Positions 42,213 to 55,862 of a DNA stretch of 64,000 bases are shown one piece after another; the stretch's first letter is position 1; the number at the start of each line of letters is the position of its first letter. The position numbers and the translations under genes are program-made. The notes beneath the pieces are model-generated. The model ran no database searches and was not told the DNA's origin. It worked only from the letters and a program-made list of their open reading frames with translations. The DNA comes from the human T2T-CHM13v2.0 reference genome, Homo sapiens. Location of the stretch: assembly GCF_009914755.1 (NCBI RefSeq), contig NC_060930.1. One strand, written 5' to 3'.

Positions 42213-44418
42213 AATAATTTAAACTATTATAACATGTTTGGAATATTTATTAGTTTCTGTAAAGTTAAAATCTGTTGACAGAGACACTAATGTATGTTGA
42301 TTGCTCTTCAATAATAGCCACAGAGGATAAAACGTGTTGATAGTATATATGTTTGATAATTTCTGCCAACAGAGGAAACACATTGTGTAACCTTTCATGC
42401 AAACTTCTTATATTACACTGACAATATCATAGTAGTTAGACAATGACTAAAGCTGGGAATTGAAAAATCACTAGGATTAGATGCGTTCACATGTTCTTTA
42501 ATTATTGGTATCTATTTTGACCCTTCTAATAAGCACTGCCTTCTGTTTGAGAGATACGGCTAAAAAAACACTTCTCATCCTTCCTTAAATGTGCAGAGGA
42601 AGGTCAGGGAGCTGAGATGTCCCCTATACAGTGGACAAAAGATTCTTAATGATGCTGGACTTTTTATGACCATTCAACCCTCTTATCACTTTGTGATTAT
42701 ACATATGATACCTAATCTTCAGTTGAACGAGAGGAAAGCAAGTGAGTAAAGGGGAAATGAAAGAGATTATATGAGGACCGGAAAGGGGGCTGTGCTACTT
42801 TGAACCCTTTAAAAAGAATTGTGATTGGAGCAGCCCAAATCTGAGCCAGCCAGTTTGGGCTTGGTGGTTGTTACCTTAGAATACAAAAGTTATACTACAC
42901 AAATGAGCTCATTTACGTAACCTGATTTTTTGTCATGGTTATTTAATTCTTCCATTTTTCTTTAAGTTCCTTCTAGAAAAAAAAAGTGAAATTTTTCAGC
43001 TAAATGAAGAGGAGGGGGAATTTATTTAGACTTGACCTTACCATTTTTTAGCCATTCCTCTATTTTCCTCTTCATGAAAGAATACCACTGTCAAACAATG
43101 TTAAAAATGGCGTCCTGTCCCTCTTCAACTTCCAGAGTAGCCAAATAGTACTCTCTAAGCTAGCAAAGATTAAGCTGGTTTCTCCTCTCTCTGAAAACAT
43201 ATTTGCAATGACCTTGACTTCTAGGTGTTCTTTCCAATACCCATTATTGACTTTAAGTCAACTACATATTACAAGGCAGTAGGGTTGAAAAGGAAGTTGA
43301 ACTTAGTCTTCTCACCATGACTTGTGCAACATGGAGCATTAGAAAAACAAGAAGAAAGAGGTAGTACTTGGTGGCTCCTTCCTAGTTGATGCATTCATTT
43401 ATAGTAATGAGTCAAATATTTAATCAGCAAATAAATACCTTTTTATTTTAACGGGTTCTTTTCATGTCTCTCAATTAAATGTCAAACGAGCCTCCCAGGA
43501 TGCTGTCCGTTTTGCTTATATGCTCCTGAATAGCTGTGATCACTTCACTGTGGACAAGCTTTAAGCCACTGATATCACCAAACACCTGAAAAGTGGTGAC
43601 AAATGGCCATATATTTATTAACCATGTTTCAAATAAATATTTAGGTGGAATAAACCACAATTGTAAATTCTTTCCTATTTTTCTATTGGAATTGTAGCTT
43701 GGAAGTCCCCTGAAGTGCCTCATGATTATTCTAATTCCACAGTATAACAGAAGCTTATCATTTAGATTTTATGGTTGAGTTTCATTTCTGACATTTACAA
43801 TAATGTTACAGCAGCTCTATCCAATATCGTAATATTTGTATAAATATATTTAGTAGTATAGAAAATAGGATTATAATGAATAGTTCAACTATGTTTGAAA
43901 AGTTATTTTTTTTCTAATTCTACTGAAATCTAAAATCAAAAACAAGACTGGAATTTTCTTTTATGCCTTGAATAACTATTGTTTGATTAAATGCATAGAA
44001 ATAAAAAACTGTCTGGGGAAAATACATTCCTTTTAGTAGGAACTCATTGTCCCTAAGGAAGCTCTCTGTATATACAAGACTAATTATACTCAAGCACAAC
44101 TAACAGCCATGCCAACATCCTGCTTCCCTTGTCACACAGTTTGGGTTTATTCCTGGACTGTTTAGAATAATCACCAATTTCACTGACTTCATACGCCTCT
44201 CCTACATCTTGAAGGTATCTAACATTTCCAAGCATTCTGCTGAAGGATTGTTTTCCACCAGAATTTATGACCTCTTGCACCAAAGGCCATTCAGATGAGA
44301 AAGGCGGGAGCCACATCTACGTGCACATTGGCAAACTGAATGTATTTCTCTGGATAGCAAAGGGCGCATGTGCTTACCTGACAAGCCTTTTTTTCTTTTT
44401 TGGGGGTTGCAGAAGCCA

Positions 44419-44477
44419 TTTTTTCTCTCTTTTCTTTTTTTAATTATACTTTAAGTTCTGGGGTACATGTGCAGAAC
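44419..44477 (-). mobile_element. L1PA extreme 3' tip (~60 bp)
   Basis: ttattatactttaagttctggggtacatgtgcagaac is the antisense L1PA terminus. Confidence 0.85.
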
Positions 44478-44479
44478 TA

Positions 44480-44850
44480 GAGCTGCTCTTCCATCTCCTG
44501 ATGAGACTATAAATCTTCAAGCCCAGCCAATCATAAAGCGTCTCTCCAGGGTGAGCAAACAGAGAAACAGGGTACTGATGGAAATACCAGGAAAAGAAAA
44601 TCTTCCAGGATAGCGAGTAGGAGGAATCATAAAAGCCTGGATCTATGTCATTTTATGAAGAAAACATTCTCAAGAATGAGCCAATGTAGATGAAAAAAAG
44701 AGAGAAGAGATTTGATAATTTTTTTTAACTCGAGTCAAAATCCCATCAGAATAGCTATGGTACTTCCCATTTATATGAGTTAATAAATATCCTTTGTGAT
44801 TATGCAGAGATACATTAGGTGTTTGAGATATACAACTAAATAATGTTGAG
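44480..44850 (+). mobile_element. old MLT1 (K/L-like) LTR remnant
   Basis: gcccagccaatca ... aagaatgagccaatgtagatg ... atatgagttaataaatatccttt ... tacaactaaa. Confidence 0.5.
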
Positions 44851-44942
44851 GAAAATTTATGTATCCTTGGACAAGGATCGATAGTACATTATGGTACTTG
44901 AAATTGTGAAGTCCTTTTCCATTACTGGCTGCCCTGTCATTC

Positions 44943-45230
<288 letters not shown>

Positions 45231-46126
45231 CTGTCATTCTTATTAACTATCTTTTGCTTTTATTCTTTATTATGCACTTCTCTATATCTTGGTATGTAAT
45301 CTTTTAAAACTTAAGTTTGTTGGGAAACATTCTGTGCACCATGGCATTTATTTAGATGCCTTCTCTTCTTTCTTATCAAGGCTATCTAATAATGCAAGCC
45401 AGAGTTACAATTCTAGAGCATTTTCCAAGGCTCTTGAAATGCCTTCCCTTTCAGATCCATCATGCCAGTTCCCTGAACCTCTGAAATGCCCTTGCGAGTA
45501 TTAAATTAAATGGTGCTCAGCCTTCATCAGGAGTTCCACAATGAGAAGGTCACTTTCTCCTCAGTTTTTTGTTATTTACAATCTTTCTTTGTTGTTGAGA
45601 ATTAGATTCAGAGTAACAACCTTCATCATCACTTTATTGCCTAGAAAACAAACTGTTGGGATGTCTCCTTACTCCGTAGTACCTCTTTATTAGTATGAAT
45701 TCTTTAAAGAGTCTTAAATGCTAACAGAAGCTTACCCAAGCTACAGTGCTTGGGTAAGAAGGAAGCGGGAGCAAGAGTGGTTTTGTTTGCTGGAGATTTC
45801 AGAAACTTTCCAGTTCTCATCTGGATGAATTAACTGGAATCATTTTTCTGCCTGGTTATACATCAGCAGGGACATGGACCAGAAGCACACAGCCTTCCAG
45901 GTTACTCTGATTTTTCTAATTTGTTCCCACACCTATAACTATTCCCCTTGTCCTCATCACAGCTGCCACCATACTGTATCAAAAATGTACTTGTAAAAAA
46001 TGATTTATATGTATACGTGACATACATCAAATTAGCAAATTTGGCCTGATAGGTTTGGGGAAGACAAAATAAACACATAACTACCCTCAACTGCAATTCC
46101 TGAAGAAATTTATTAATTGTCATTTC

Positions 46127-46410
46127 TTTTTTAAAATTTTGAAATAGGGTCTTGCTCTGTCACCGGGGCTGGAGTGCAGCACAATCACAGCTCACTGCAG
46201 CCTCGACCTCCCCAGGCTCAGGTGATCCTCCCACCTCAGCCTCCCAAGTAGCTGGACTACAGGCATGCACCAACACGCCTAGCTAATATTTTTATTTATT
46301 GTAGAGGTGGGATGTTGCCCGGGTTGGTCTTGAACTCCCAGGCTTGAGCAATCCACCCTCCTCAGTCTCCCAAAGTGCTAGGGTTGCAGGCCTGAGCCAC
46401 TACACCCAGG
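46127..46410 (-). mobile_element. AluJ
   Basis: cacagctcactgcagcctcgacctccc J-type; TSD attgtcatttct. Confidence 0.95.
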
Positions 46411-49266
46411 AGATTGTCATTTCTAAGTTAACTCTGTGTGAAAAAGTTCATTTTCTAATCACTACAATGTGATTATAAATAAATCTTAGAACATTTTAAA
46501 TTTGTAGTAATTTGTGTAGTCATTTAAGTGATGTGTGCTAAAAATACACAAACAACATTGTAGTCATACTTATTTTGTTTTGTGGATATTATTGATTAAT
46601 GGGAAGAAATGTGGCTAGAAAATGAATATTACTAATGACTGAAATCTTATGAGAAACTTGTATTTAAATGGGTCATGCTTACAAAATAAACAAAAAACAA
46701 ACCTAGTCATGTAGCCTCTTTCAAAGGTAGAAAAGGACAGTGAATGATGATATCCAGCGGTTTCATATTTTAAATATAGCATTATCCCATTAAGTCATAG
46801 AAGTATAGTTTGGTTTGTGTGACTACAGCCAAAAAGACTATCAAATTATTGGGTAAGCTTTCCATTCACTGTAGTTTTGGTTATACCTTTGTTCATATTT
46901 CAGGAGGGCAATTCAGATACATACAGACACAAACAGATGTAGCAGATATTACATACACACACATATAAACATCCTTTTAAATTCTCATATTCTTTTAGCT
47001 AGTAATTTCACTGTCAGAATCTACCTCTGAGAAGTAATATAGGGTTTTAATGAAAATTGCAGAGGAAAGAACTCCAAATTCTATCCCTCCATAACAGCAA
47101 CAACAACAACAAAAACGGACAAAAACTCAGAATCAACTTTTTTGGAGGAAAATTAGATCTGGCACTCTCTGTGGCTGAGGCTGAAGCCACTGAGGTCTTG
47201 ATTAGCCACTCAGGTCCTCACCACAATGGTGTTAGGGACTTATGATTGTGAACTAATAGACTACAAGCTTGAAACACCACTGTGTCACTGCCAGACAGTG
47301 TGATTGGAAAATAATCTCAGCAGAGACAAACAAGTATCTCTCAGCCTGTGCCAAGGCCGTGCTCAATGGTGACACCCATAGCAGTGGAGGCAATAACTCA
47401 CATAAACTCTTGTCTTGTGTTTGAAGCAGGACTGGTCCTCTTCGATGTAAAGAAGCATCTGGATTTCTTAAGAAATTTTCTAGCTAAAACAGGCCTTAAG
47501 AAAGAGATAGTTAATTGGTTGCTAATAAGGGTAGGTATCTCCTCAAGTGTCAGATTGGAAAAATGAAATATATTTATCATTGAGCTGGTGGGATGGGTCA
47601 AATCTAGCTGCCGAAAATATACAATATTCATAAAGTTTCAGTGAGAGGCCTTTATAAATATGGTTAGGGAGATAAGGAGAAAAAATAAAATAGAAACAGA
47701 ATTCTGGTAGTAAATTTTGATGTCATTTGCCCACTGAACACTAAGAGGTATGTATTCATAGCACTAATTCACTGACTGCAGCAAGACATCAACATTTGGA
47801 GTCCTGATGCAACTCATGATGATTCGGAAATGAAGTGGAAGAGTCCCTCAATGAAATTCAGATTGCTACCTGATTAAAACTATAGAATTCAAAAATAGCA
47901 CTAGAAATAATATGACACTGTATAAGTCATAGGTTGAATCATCATCATTTTAGAGAAAGGATGTTTTCAATTTGAAAAAGTAAAGCACACAGGTTAATTT
48001 CCTTGAGGGGTTCATTGAACTCAGGGCTGACATTGGGATTTATTCCCTGGAATATAGGGATCCTGGGTGTTGGTGGTGGTGGCTCTGTTGATCATCACGG
48101 CTGTGAAAATTATAAGCCACAGCACATAGTCCTTCCATTTTTGCAAAAGTATACTTTACTTGGTTGTAAACTATTCAACGTTCTTAAGATTAAATATCTG
48201 AATATTGCTTCTGAAAGAACAGCTGTCAGCTCAAATCTAAAGTCTAGTTTGTTTACTGGCTGTATTTTATATCCTTTAGAAAATGACACAAAATGGCAAT
48301 AAAATCATTGTAAGTATTCTACAGGGGAATATAAATGCCCTTTGGTTACAGTGTACATATCTTTATACGTAATTCTAGTTTATTTTCCCTAGAATTATGT
48401 TAAATATGTAAAAAGCCTTTTCTCATAAAGGTAAAAATGCTAGATGTTTTCAAGTTGTAATTTAGCATTAGTGTCAAGATTGCTTCAGAAAATAAGCTAC
48501 TGTTACTGTTTCATTCCTTTTAAGTGTCACTCAGCATACTATATGCAATTTTGCACATAAAATAAACTTTATGATTTTATGTTTGGGTTTCAGAAAATGT
48601 AAGTGGGATTAAAAATAATTTATAGGAAACAAATATTTTTAAATAACTGATGCTAAGCACCTGGATTTTTTACATTGTTTTATAATATTATTTTAAAATA
48701 ATTGTTTCAAGTAATTATGGAAGAATTTCTTCCATAGACTATAATGGAGAAACTAATATTATCTATGAATTTAAAAGAGAACAATCAATATATTAGTAGA
48801 TAGATAGTTCTTAGATTAATATTAACATAATTCCAAAATGCACCAAAATATTTTAATATTTCCATTTTATGATACTTTATCATAACCCTAAATATAATCG
48901 TATCTTTTTATATCTACATATGTGTAGATATATATACACACATATATATAATATTGCTTTTCATTTTGCTTTTTTTGATGAGCGAATTATTTTCTACCTT
49001 ATTAGACGTCAGTATTAGGCAGTCATCAAATGGAGTCAAGATAAAAATCACATATTCTGAAAATGCTCATCTCAAGTATTGCCTTTTGGATGCATGGATT
49101 TAAAATATATTCATAATGTAAATACTCAAAACATTTCCAAATATTAAGATAAACAAATTTAAAAAGCATGAAAATTTTTCACATTTAGAAGGTCACCTGT
49201 CAAGATGTCTTTTCTGAGATCCAATTCAATAACAGAAAAATATACAGAATTAAAAGCGAACATACC

Positions 49267-49272
49267 TTTATT
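49267..49272 (-). terminator. polyadenylation signal AATAAA of the minus-strand transcript
   Basis: AATAAA with upstream UGUA motifs and a downstream U/GU-rich element (ttctgtatatttttctgttattg), at the end of a long repeat-free AT-rich tract. Confidence 0.6.
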
Positions 49273-51044
49273 CAAGTAAAAACATTCAATCTTTATCATT
49301 ATACAATAAAGGTTCCATTCTTCATTTCTACAATGTTTACGTTAGACATTTAACCATATATTATAATTAATATGTTAAATTTTGACTGCTTCTTTGCATT
49401 TATAACTTTTAAAACGTTTCTTATGACTTAGAATCCAAGAAAAGTTTTCTTACTCAATATATGATACATATATTATTTCTAATGGACATATGAATACAAT
49501 AATAGAACAATTCTTTTCTACGCTTTCAGAAGTCCTAATTATTCAGGGATTTAAAGGAAATCTAAAATGCCAAAAATTGTTTTATATGTAAAAATATTTT
49601 AAAAAATGTGTATCTTATTATTTTTTCATAAATGTATAAATTAAAAATATGAGACCCATACAAAGCAAGAATTATTAATGATTGATTACCTCAAAAGATA
49701 ATATAAATGAAGTATAGAGAAATTTAATATTTTGTAAGATTGAACCGTAGTGCTTCTTATAGTAAAGGCCTATAGAATCTCTAAAATATTTCTGACAATT
49801 ACATCTTAAATTACAGTAAATGGAATAAAAAAAGACGTCATGATTTTCTAAGGAAACCAAACATCGCTATAGAAAATTCATGTAGTCACTAAAAGTTAAT
49901 ATTTTTGACCTTATTATTAAAATAACTTTTAAAAGCAAATAGTTGCATTTACAAAAAAATGTGTCTGAAATCTAATGTAGTCATTTAAAATTTACAGTGT
50001 GTTAGGTTTTGAAACAAACAAAACTGTGATTTTTCCTTTTCAGGTTACCAATAATACAAATAAAACGATAAATGAAGCCTGAAGTGAGAGTCTTCTTGCT
50101 TCGTTTTTGTGAAAAACTAACCATTTCACAGCGAGTTGCACTGACCCAGTTATAATGGACAAAAAATCACTTCTTTTGACACATGCAAATGGGAATAATT
50201 ATATTGTCAACTAATTTTTAAAGGGAGCTAAATGCCTGTGTATATATGTAAACGATTAGTAAATACGTCTAAGACTTTTCATAAAGGTGTGACAGAAAAT
50301 TGTCTTACAAGTGTCATTATATTCTAATACTAGTCTGATAATGGAATTCTACTTTGCTTTTGTATTCTTTTTTTTACATGTTGCTTATAATAAGGTCTAA
50401 GTTTCAGATACAGCAAAATGCTGATCTTTTACAATTTAGTTAAAATAGCCCATCAACCATTCTTAGTGAAAGGAAGAGGCAAAATAGTATCAGGACCTTA
50501 TTTTTAAAAAAAATAGAAGTAGCAACTATGAAGTTTGAATTTGAAAACCAGAAATAAAGCATATTAGTATGCTTAACATTTTTTGCAATATTTTATGCAA
50601 ATCCATAATCATTGTTATTACTGTTTTTTTATCTTAATGTGCATTTTTGATATTATCATGTGAGCAAATGTACCCAAAGGACATACTGAATCTTCCTTTG
50701 CAGGTGTTGTGCACAAAACATCAAGTATTCTAGATTTGGTGAATGAAAATGTGCCTTTCTTCTATTTTGTATAAATAAATTCATTCCACTATTAAATCCA
50801 GAGCAGCCTAAAACTATGCACAGTGGGAAACACAAGGATGGCTTTTTTCTTTCCCATGTGCAATGACTTTGAACAAAAGGAAAAATTGATGGGGTCATTT
50901 TCTCCCTAAAAACATATCGTTAACAATTTAAATTAATTAGATGAATGTTGTCCATAGGCCCCATTTTTTCTGGATTTTTCTATTGATTTCCCTTCTATCT
51001 TATTGCACAACTTCTTCCTCTCTCTTAATCTTACTCTTTCTCTC

Positions 51045-51123
51045 TCACGCACACATATGCACTGCAAATTGGTCACTGTAAAATATAGATATGGGAAGTT
51101 CCAAATACACTGAATTATCTCTT
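51045..51123 (-). CDS. possible coding part of the terminal exon (RDNSVYLELPISIFYSDQFAVHMCA*), protein not recognised
   Basis: Frame is imposed by the phase-2 donor at 55327; TGA at 51047-51045. Other frames are possible (KR* in phase 0). Confidence 0.25.
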
Positions 51124-51489
51124 CTGTAAGAAACCAAATAGAAGAGTGAAAGCTAAAACATTCTCAGTTATTCGTCATGAAGTCTTGCCCTGCAATTCAT
51201 CGATTCAAGGACAAAGTGTGGTTTCCGTTTCTCCATTTATTCAAAGCTTCATGCAGCCTTGCAGGATAGTCAGTTTCATCTGCTATCTTGAGAGAAATAA
51301 AGTTAAGGTCCAGTCTCTCTACACCTGCTCTTTGCACTGTGTGGTCACTTGATTGCATGGGCAGTAGGAAAATCCAGAGCTGAGTAAAACCCATCCAAGA
51401 ATAAAATTGTGTTTCAGTTTTTTCTTTTCTCCTTTCTTCTCCTGCTGCTTTCTATCAGCCAAGCACTTAACAATCACTAACTGGTTAAT

Positions 51490-51730
51490 CTGTTATTTAG
51501 GCAAGTATTAATATTCTAATTTTGCAGACAAGGAATGAGGCTTCCTGCTGTGTATCCCCTGGCCCTGGGTAAGGAGTGCTTCAAATGGGAGATTCAAAGT
51601 AGGTGAGCCTGGTCTCCTGAGACGCAGCTGCTTGCCTAAAGCCGCGCAGGAGGGCTTCGCAGAGCCTGCGTTAGATCGCTCGGTTCCTGACTCCCAGTTC
51701 TCCGCTCAGACCACCAGGCGACACTGCCTC
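51490..51730 (-). mobile_element. MIR-family fragments
   Basis: ctaattttgcagacaaggaatgaggc core and cctgactcccagttctccgctc...cactgcctc MIR 5' end. Confidence 0.55.
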
Positions 51731-53599
51731 TAATGACAAAAACCGTTTTCCCATTCCACCCCAACTAATGCTCCAAGGACTTTCTTAATTGCGACTGATA
51801 CCCTGGGATTGGGAAGCTTATTTGTGACTTGATGAATCTGCACCAATCTTGCCTGGGTTTCTAGGTTTTGTAGCACTAAAAACTTTAGGATAACTTTGTT
51901 CTTACAAAATACCTCAAGATAACACTACCTATGGAACAAAGAGACAAAGCATTGCTCTGTGGAGAGGAGTTGGAATCCATGGAGCCCAGAAAGGCTGATA
52001 AAAATAGAATTAAAGAGAGCGCTCACAGCTTGGCCGTCCAACGACCATCTCTGACAAACAGTGGAGGAGATATTTTACAAAGCAAAATATGTAGAACACG
52101 GTAAGAGCTGTATCTTCTTGGGTCACAAGCCTGGATGAAAAACATTATGAACACATATCTATAGGAAATATTGCTTGTAATGTAATTTCTGTTTCAGACA
52201 CACGAAATCTGACCTCTTTCGTGCAGGAATTATTCTTTTCCAAAAGCATAGCTGTCTACGCAAAGTAAACTTGAAAATAATTTTCTTCAAATCCACAATG
52301 CTAGGTGTTTACTGAGAAAAAAAAAAGAAAATGTGAATATATGACCTATATTTCATATCAGAATTAGGAGAGGCTTAAAAATCACTCTAGTTCCAAGTTG
52401 GAGCTGTGTTAAATGCAAAAGGAACTTAGAGAACTAGGTACCCTATTTAAAAACCACCATAAAGCCTTCCAGAATAGAGTTCAGGTTATAAGGGTGAAGC
52501 AAAACCTCATTCATTTTTGTTTCACATTTGTTGCCATATCTAATTTGTAAAGAAACTAGGCCCAGACACAGCTACCTATTTCTTCCATCATCAGAATATC
52601 CTACTAAAATATGGCATCAGTCTTACAGGTATTTTTAAATGAGTCTAAGTCATTTCCGAATTCTAGGTTCTTTAATTCACTGCAGCATTGATGGTAAATA
52701 TCTTCTGGTGTCTGTCATGTAGCATAAATTGGAATCCAGAAATTCAACGCAATTCAATAGATATCTTTGAGCACCAACTACATACAAAGTACAGAGAAGG
52801 GAAATTCAATGATTGAAGTTAACTTCTGGGCAAGTAGGTGACTGCTTATAAACCATCATTTTAAAAAATTAAGGGATATTTCTTTAATCCAGAAAATATA
52901 ATCTACCCATGTGCTGGTATTTGATATTTCTTTACAATGCACACATTTTGGGAAAGATAACACAGTGAGTTTTGTTTCTCACTGAGGTTGCAAAAGACCA
53001 GTTTCAAACCCCTTCCAATGTTAACTTTTGTAGCTCGAAAGCCCATGAATAAGCCTGGCAGAACCTCTCAGAGATTAAGAAAGAGCAAAAGGAAAGTAGG
53101 AAGAGTGTTGAATAGCCAGACAGATACCTGGAAGAAAATTTGTCTAATTCTCAATTTGTTCTGGGACTGGTATTGTTTTATGGTTCCTACCCTCTAAGAG
53201 ACACAATTGAACACTGGAAACAAATTTGGAAAGGCTAAAGAATAAAATATAATATTGTGATAAGTGCTAGAGAAGGAACAAACTGGTCACATCAATTTGA
53301 AAGTGCACTTCATAGGTTTCATAGAGCAGGGGACAGATAAAGTAAAGCCAGTTTAATACATGCTGGAATTTCAGTTGGGCACAGGCTCCTACCAATGCCC
53401 AGCTGTTCTTCCACCATTACCATCATATAAGGCAATGGTGTGGAAAACACACGCAATAAAAGAGTCAGACGGGTCAATAACACCTGTTGCCCCACTGCTC
53501 GGTACTTCCAGAAGTGCGTTTATTTTATTTTTAGCATAATGTTACTATCAGTACTTGAAAAAATATTTACAAGTTCAGTGGATTTAATTGTGCATGATT

Positions 53600-53800
53600 C
53601 GTAATACTTTGCAATCTTTATTGCACCTTTTCTTTAAGAGCTAAAAGTACTTTGCAGATGTTATCTCATTAATCTGCCCCAAATCCCTATGAGCCAGGTA
53701 GTATAAGTATTCATAACCCAGTTTCACAGATAAGGAAATAGGCAGAGCAGTGGGAAATGACTTAGCCAAGGTTATGGAGCAAATGAAGAAGTGAGCGAAT
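53600..53800 (-). mobile_element. MIR SINE
   Basis: gttatctcattaatctgccccaaatccctatgag ... cccagtttcacagataaggaaa ... tgacttagccaaggt. Confidence 0.8.
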
Positions 53801-55202
53801 CGAAGGGTGGTGGTGATCGCTCTGTTCAGGGGACTGCAACTGCCTTACACCTGGGCTTTCTATTCAGGCCCCAAGGCTCTGGGATCTACAAGATATTTTG
53901 TAGCAGAAGGGCAGGTCACCCTGATGTCTCTTCTTTTAGTGTTATTTCAGTGTGTGGTGTACACACACATTTGAGCACAAGCCTATGCAAATTGTTTTAA
54001 AGATTCATCCTTGGCAGTTTTGTTCTGCAAAGAGATTTCTTAAGCAAATGTTTCAGAAATCTGAAAAGGATTATATGCAAAAGCAGCAATAGCAGCCTGA
54101 GACCCAAACTCCCAAAGTCTTACACTGGATACTGTCATAATCTGCCTACCTGCTGCTTTGGTACAATATAGGCAATTCCCTCTCATACTACACCTTGGTC
54201 AGGGGGAGAGGAGAGCCAGCTGATGGGAAATCATTTCCGAGTAGATGTCCATGTGACTCACTCAAGTACCCAAGCAATGTTGTGGGCTGGGATAGCAGGA
54301 GGAAGAAACTCCCAATCCGCAAGACTGGGTGCTAAACAGTTTGAAATTGCTTGAAGGTTATATTGAAAAGGATGTTTTAGGAGGACACACTTTCATCAAC
54401 TTAGTAACAAAAACAACAATGGCTAAAGTTCAAAAGGAAAATGTGCTGGGAACATTAGAATTTCAATATTCTAATATTCAGTAGAATATTCAAATATCCT
54501 TCCAATTATAATCAACCAGTATTGTGCCACTGTTAAGTGATGTTTGTATGCCAACAGGACTAGGGAACCAAATGTTGTATCTTAATTTTCCTTCTCCACT
54601 ACTCTTTATTTCCACCAACTAATAACACTCCTTCAGAATTCACGATTCAAGGGTGATGCTAATGGGACAGACCATGAATTTGGATTCAGAGAATATGATG
54701 GAATGCAAGAGAGTCTTAAAACACTCAAAGTGAGCCCACTGAAAGATCCTGACTTTTTAGGAGAAAACATAACGTTAAGATCTTTGCCAAATGCTACTTG
54801 AAAATGTTTTTAAAGATTTAGGGATGGGGCACATTTCTTTATTTTTAAAGATTTTTCTCGCAGGGAAAACAAAATGAAATGCTACCATCTGATTTATTTT
54901 GTGCGAGATCATTTAAGGGAAAGACTGTGCAATTCCTGAGGCATGGAGGTGTTCATGAACTCCGAGAACTATTATTCACCAACCTGCTAATGTTTACAAA
55001 CATTGAGTAAAAGTTATTGCAGTCAGAATCCTCAATTATTTTACCTGATTTGTTTCTTGCCTCTCTCGGACATAGTTAGGCACAGAAACTTTTTTTTTTC
55101 TATGTAGTGCCTTTGTTTAGGCAAAAACTAAAACACATCTTCAAGCCCACCATATGTTAAAAACATAAGTTATGATATGTCTGTAAGGTAATATTGAAGC
55201 TC

Positions 55203-55260
55203 ACATATACATATACACATACACACACACACCCACACACACACACACATATATATATAT
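55203..55260. repeat. (CA)n/(TA)n microsatellite
   Basis: acatatacatatacacatacacacacacacccacacacacacacacatatatatatat. Confidence 0.9.
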
Positions 55261-55326
55261 GGATATGTACATTCAAGCACTACAAAATGCCCAGCATTTG
55301 CATCAGATATTTTCATATATACATAC

Positions 55327-55532
55327 CTCAACAATGGCCCACCGGGGAGTCTCAGAAAATGGCGGTACAGCTCTTGCAACCCACTGGGATAAATGGTATA
55401 TACAGATACATGAGAAGTAATATCTCCTGGACCAAGTGCAGACACAGAAATTTCATTTTGATGTTGGAGGTCACAGCTGCAGACACTGGACTTAATGCCA
55501 TGGCTTTTCCAGATGTAATCATACACTGCCAC
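55327..55532 (-). CDS. candidate 206-nt internal exon, open in phase 0 (VAVYDYIWKSHG...LPGGPLL), protein not recognised
   Basis: Acceptor tgtgtctcactAG (ends 55533), donor GAG|GTATGT (55326); more balanced GC content than its flanks; one frame fully open. Confidence 0.4.
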
Positions 55533-55862
55533 CTAGTGAGACACAGCCCCCCCCAACCCAGCCCCCCAGCCCCAGAAAAGAACAGAAAAAAATTAATTAA
55601 CTTCTGGCGAGAGCATAACCGATTTTAAATGATTTTACAATAAATCTGAAAGTCTCTGCCATCTGCAGTGCTTGCACTCCGTTCCATGCATATTTTTATG
55701 GCATATATCTAAATAGTGAAGATAGACAAATCCCCGGTGTGTGCTCCATAAAGTTAATTCTACACAGATGAAGCTGTAATTGGCTTCCATATTAACCCAA
55801 AGTAGGAAGATCAAGCAGGCTGTGAAAATGACAGTGTTGATTAAAAAAAAAAAAATGCTTAC

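Larger units (their letters stand above)
49245..51123 (-). other. candidate terminal exon / ~1.8-kb 3' UTR
   Basis: Strong acceptor tttcactcttctatttggtttcttacAG (ends 51124); no recognisable interspersed repeat between it and the poly(A) signal; AU-rich UTR-like composition. Confidence 0.55.

Noticed and set aside
51197-51394. 65-aa minus-strand ORF as an alternative terminal coding exon
   Set aside because: Its acceptor would be a weak AAG, a much stronger acceptor lies at 51124, and the peptide is not recognisable.
55194-55628. 144-aa plus-strand ORF
   Set aside because: Starts in a CA/TA microsatellite and is the antisense shadow of the minus-strand exon candidate.
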